From assembly GCA_963693365.1 (NCBI GenBank), contig CAVNZM010000012.1, positions 5,156,389 through 5,220,388 on the forward strand: a stretch of DNA of 64,000 bases, read 5' to 3'. How positions within the stretch are numbered: the first letter of the stretch is position 1; every line of letters begins with the position of its first letter. The notes under the pieces are model-generated. The model had not been told where the DNA came from and did no database searches. It saw only the letters and a program-made list of their open reading frames with translations. The position numbers and the translations under genes are program-made. Source of the stretch: Amoebidium appalachense. Its lineage: Eukaryota; Protista; Ichthyosporea. This document shows positions 60,496-64,000 of the stretch, in pieces.

Positions 60496-61479
60496 CTATC
60501 CTGGTCGAATGCACACCCACACCTCATTCACCGCAACGGTGTTTTCTCCATTGCCTCCTATGACTACACGCAAAGGTTTCTCGTTGTCCTTAAATTGCAG
60601 TTGCCACAGCTGCTTGGAGGTGGCCTCGTCGGATGCGATGTGTATTTTAGAACCCTTGTTTGTTACTTGCACTATGACATGCTTCACGTTGTAGTAGATG
60701 TATGGGGGGTGCGGAGATCGATCGACAGACACCCAGATCTCGCACTGCTCTCCCGCTGTCTCCGACTGGGGGCTGCTTGTGGCTACCACCTGCTCCGTGA
60801 AGGCCACCTGGTCGTCGACGTCGACGGAACTGTGGTCCTCGGACACGAGCGGCTCGCGTGCTGCTTCGCACACCTGGCTGCTTGGGGGCGCTGCTGCTTT
60901 CTCCTTATCCGCTGCCTCCGTGGTCTCTTCCGTGTCCAAATCCGGAAAAGAGAGTGGTCGCCAGGGCGCATTGGGTTCGGGGTTGACTGCCACTGGTAGG
61001 CGCAGGGACGTGGGTTTTTTGGAGGCCCCCATCTTGTTTGGGCGTATGTTGCGCCCACATCTTTTTGGATTCGCCCCTGCCTTCCAATAAAATGCATCCT
61101 GTTGCTTTTGTACCACGCCGCTGGCCGCGGCACCCGAAGTCTTGTACGGGAGAATCCTGCGTAGCGGGATCTTGCCCGGTGGTGGTGGCCATGTTGTCTG
61201 CAACGGGTACACTCGCACGTCCTTGCTGCACAGGGGCGGTGCGTGCACAGCTGCAAGAGGGGGTTGAGAAGGCTGTGCATGCACGCAGTCGTCTTTGAGC
61301 GGTATTGCGCGTGCGGGTTTTGTGTTGGCGGGGAACGAGTGCATGTTGGCTGGGGGCGAGTGCATGTCGAATTCGCCGAAGACGGGAACGCCCATGAGCG
61401 CTGCCTCGCTGGCCGGTGTTGTCGCTTGGAAGAGCTTGTCGCGCAGGCGCCACAGGTTAACGTTTGGCTTGTGGTTCAT
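60496..61479 (-). CDS. Intronless 327-aa hypothetical protein
   Basis: ATG-initiated long ORF of non-repetitive composition with a globular-looking C-terminus. TATA-like (tataa) and CCAAT motifs lie upstream at ~61525-61555 on the minus strand. Confidence 0.55.
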   Translation of the reverse strand: MNHKPNVNLWRLRDKLFQATTPASEAALMGVPVFGEFDMHSPPANMHSFPANTKPARAIPLKDDCVHAQPSQPPLAAVHAPPLCSKDVRVYPLQTTWPPPPGKIPLRRILPYKTSGAAASGVVQKQQDAFYWKAGANPKRCGRNIRPNKMGASKKPTSLRLPVAVNPEPNAPWRPLSFPDLDTEETTEAADKEKAAAPPSSQVCEAAREPLVSEDHSSVDVDDQVAFTEQVVATSSPQSETAGEQCEIWVSVDRSPHPPYIYYNVKHVIVQVTNKGSKIHIASDEATSKQLWQLQFKDNEKPLRVVIGGNGENTVAVNEVWVCIRPG

Positions 61480-62046
61480 AGCTGCAAGTTTGCAAGACTG
61501 GCAGCATCCGAAGCAGTGATGGGGTTATATGGGTCCTATATCCAATTTGATTGGTCCCAGGCTTTGCCAGGGTGCGAAAGTGTCCTTCGGCGCAATAAAA
61601 TTGCAACCGAAATGAAACGAAATGAATAGGCTATAGAAGAATTAAATGTTGTGAAAGCCACAAGAATGGGAGGAACGCGGTCAATTTGATTTAACGAAAC
61701 AGACATCCCATTACATACAGGGTTTTTGTTTCAGGGTTCTCGATTCGGTTATAACCCTGACCGCGAGTCGCTTTTCCGAACTCTGAGTAGAAACTAAAAC
61801 AACAACCTGTTCAATAGGAAAACAATGGCAAAAATGTTCTTATAAATCGAGTTTAAATATTTCTGTTTTGTTTTCAAATTAATATTTCGGTTTTGTTTTC
61901 AAATTGGCGTTCACATCACATCAATACTGTATCATAACCAGTCAATTTTAAAATAACACAATTGCTGTATCTGAGCCAATCAGACGCTGCATGCCTTGGT
62001 TACAGATCCTTCGGTCATCTTCCACAGGAATACAAGACCCTCTATC

Positions 62047-62143
62047 CGATTGGACATCACGCTGATTGGTCGGCAACTCCAAACGTCTGATTGGTCAACG
62101 CGTCTGATTGGTCAACACGTCTGATTGGTCGGCGCGCTATTGG
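62047..62143 (+). promoter_or_regulatory. Cluster of six ATTGG (CCAAT) boxes, partly as an ~18-bp tandem repeat, upstream of the F-box ORF
   Basis: cgtctgattggtc occurs three times (62084-62130), plus gattggac, ctgattggtc and tattgg. Confidence 0.6.
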
Positions 62144-62219
62144 TGCGGTGGCTCTCAGGGAGGGGTATACCACAGCACAGCTTTCAAACTTCACTCTCCA
62201 TACGAGCGCGTTCATCACA

Positions 62220-63686
62220 ATGGGCGCCGATCAGTCCACCCTTTCTCCCAGCGCGCAACAGCTGGTCTTGGGCAACCACTACCTGCTTCTGTACATCTGC
62301 TCCTTCCTGGATGCACGCTCACGTCGCAGCATTGCGCTCACCTGCCGAGCGCTTCGCCACGTACACGAGGCAGAGCTGGCGCGCCCGAACAGCCACATGC
62401 GCGTCGACCTGTCCAAAGGTCCGAAGTCAATCGAGTTTGCCACGCGCGTCCGTGCCACCCACGTCCTTGCCACCACTGCTGACTACAAGCGCCTTGCCGA
62501 GCTTCCGCCCATGCGCTTCGTTCTCCACATGGTTCTTGATGAGTACCGGGACCTGGCCAACCACCATGCAAAGGCTGCCCATAACCACCGCTACACCAGC
62601 ACGGAGCCCATCTACCCAGACCTGTTTCCCAACCTCAAGGTCGCAGAGGTCAACTCCTTCAAGTGCCGCACCCCCCTTGTCGCCCCCTTCGCCTTGCTGG
62701 GCCGCGCTATCCAGAACCTGACGAGTCTGACCCTTGCCTTCTCTGCCACTCCCAGGCCCACACCTGGTGTAGTCATGGATCTTGCTGCGCTCGAAAACCT
62801 GGCCCATCTGCACGTCCACCTGTGCACGCGTGTGAACCCCTCGAACATCTACGCCATCCCCAGCACGGCGCTGCATGTGCCTGCGGGCCTTGTGAAACTG
62901 CATCTGGACTACCGCTTCCGCTCCATGTGCGGCCACCAGTACGGCTACGGCAGCGGCGGCTCCGCTCCCGGTATCCACAACATACACAACATCGAGTCCT
63001 GCGTCAACATGCGCAATGTGCACGTGTGCGTCTTTGGCATGGTGGTGTTCGACACCATCAATCGTGCCCACCGTGTCGAGCTGCTGTGCTCACAGGCCCG
63101 CGGCACGCTGCGCGGGTGCACCAGCGTCCAGATCGGCCAGGAGGTGCGCGACATCGAGATCACCACCACCGGGGACAGCGCCAGTGACTACCCAGGCAAC
63201 CGGCTCCTTGTGGCCGGCGCCCGCGAGTTCGAGTGCTTCCATCCCGCCCACAACTGGGCGCTGCAGGACGTCCATGTGCTGGAGATCATGCACGTGCCCC
63301 ACAGCCCGCGCGCGCTGGCGGCCATCGCGCAGGCCGTCAACCTGCGCTCGCTGACCGTCACGGCGCCCATGTTCAGCGACAGGGAGCTCGTCTACCACAT
63401 GCCCCCGACCATCGAGATGGTGAACTTCAGGCACGTGCGCCTGGTCGTGCTCGCAGACCCCAGCGGGCTCATCCGCCCGCTTGTGTTTTCCAGCGACTGC
63501 GACCTGGTCCTCTACAACCACTGGCTCCTCCGTGCGGCCGGGTTCCTGATGGACTCGAAGTGGGACCGGTTCATGACACGGCTGCTCCACATCACGCAGT
63601 GCGACATGCCGTGGGCGCTCGGGCGGAAGCTGCAGTACATGGGCGACAAGTCGTACAGGCACCTGCCGTTCCCCGAGGGGGTGTAG
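62220..63686 (+). CDS. Intronless F-box protein (~488 aa) with an N-myristoylation signal and LRR-like C-terminal region
   Basis: First ATG at 62220 gives MGADQS (MGxxxS), then LVLGNHYLLLYICSFLDARSRRSIALTCRALR (F-box-like), then LxxLxL segments (FPNLKVAEV, NLTSLTL, NLAHLHV, NLRSLTV). Strong C/G bias at third codon positions. Confidence 0.75.
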   Translation: MGADQSTLSPSAQQLVLGNHYLLLYICSFLDARSRRSIALTCRALRHVHEAELARPNSHMRVDLSKGPKSIEFATRVRATHVLATTADYKRLAELPPMRFVLHMVLDEYRDLANHHAKAAHNHRYTSTEPIYPDLFPNLKVAEVNSFKCRTPLVAPFALLGRAIQNLTSLTLAFSATPRPTPGVVMDLAALENLAHLHVHLCTRVNPSNIYAIPSTALHVPAGLVKLHLDYRFRSMCGHQYGYGSGGSAPGIHNIHNIESCVNMRNVHVCVFGMVVFDTINRAHRVELLCSQARGTLRGCTSVQIGQEVRDIEITTTGDSASDYPGNRLLVAGAREFECFHPAHNWALQDVHVLEIMHVPHSPRALAAIAQAVNLRSLTVTAPMFSDRELVYHMPPTIEMVNFRHVRLVVLADPSGLIRPLVFSSDCDLVLYNHWLLRAAGFLMDSKWDRFMTRLLHITQCDMPWALGRKLQYMGDKSYRHLPFPEGV

Positions 63687-63696
63687 GGGGGGGTGT

Positions 63697-64000
63697 TTAG
63701 AGCCCTAGACACTTAGTCATGTGATTGTAGTCGAATCTGTGGGCCTTGATGGTCACCTTGTTTGCACTTAGTTTCTTTGTACTTACTGGTTTCATCATGA
63801 ATATTTGCCGTAGAACTTTGCCAAATACACATAGGTTCATGTGAACCTCCATGTCTGACCCTTGTCGTCTCACCCATTCGGAGTACAGTGCATAGAGAGA
63901 CGATGTTTTTACGGGGGATCCCGGGGGGAACTTGTGCCTGTTGTGTTCGTCTTTCAAAAATTCAATAAAAAACTGCTTGACCAGCTCGTATCCCTTGCTG
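63697..64000 (-). CDS. C-terminal end of a probable D5-like primase-helicase (winged-helix tail), ORF open beyond the window edge
   Basis: The frame is open from 64000: SKGYELVKQFFIEFL...VKTSSLYALYSEWVRRQG...MNLCVFGKVL. This matches the s.LY..Y..W....G......FGk.L pattern at the end of NCLDV/Polinton/phage D5-P4 helicases. Only about 100 aa are visible. Confidence 0.5.
   Translation of the reverse strand, partial: SKGYELVKQFFIEFLKDEHNRHKFPPGSPVKTSSLYALYSEWVRRQGSDMEVHMNLCVFGKVLRQIFMMKPVSTKKLSANKVTIKAHRFDYNHMTKCLGL

Noticed and set aside
62091-62219. N-terminal 43 aa of the 531-aa ORF call
   Set aside because: It starts at a non-ATG codon inside the CCAAT repeat. The first ATG, at 62220, gives a canonical MGxxxS start.

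Overview
Eukaryotic nuclear DNA from an intron-rich, microsatellite-rich genome; introns are packed with (GT/CA)n and poly-G/C tracts. The standard genetic code is used. A unicellular holozoan-like protist is plausible, but this is inference only. Positions 1-47.6 kb hold four spliced genes that I reconstructed by hand. They are the 3' end of a bacterial-type GH57-like glycoside hydrolase (+), SMARCC/SWI3 (-, about 26 exons), PDCD7/U11-U12 59K (-) and CDC45 (+). The last two are head-to-head around CCAAT and E2F sites. CDC45 contains a clear AT-AC (U12-type) intron next door to the minor-spliceosome gene PDCD7. The introns carry a family of poly-C-bounded elements, always in host-sense orientation, including two near-identical 1.4 kb copies in SMARCC and CDC45, plus several poly-G/C-delimited tandem arrays. 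Positions 48.7-64 kb are an accessory zone. It holds a tRNA-like SINE candidate, a non-autonomous TIR transposon with an 8-bp TSD, a decayed non-LTR retroelement 3' end, and long hairpins (one with strand-specific GA/GA mismatches and a GAA triloop). It also holds a 92-bp palindrome-rich array, a modular 22-bp minisatellite, and compact intronless ORFs: coiled-coil/repeat orphans, a putatively myristoylated F-box protein and a D5-primase-like C-terminus running off the window. Together these suggest the end of an endogenous DNA virus or Polinton-like element. Exon coordinates were read by eye and are approximate to a few bases, and no database searches were run.
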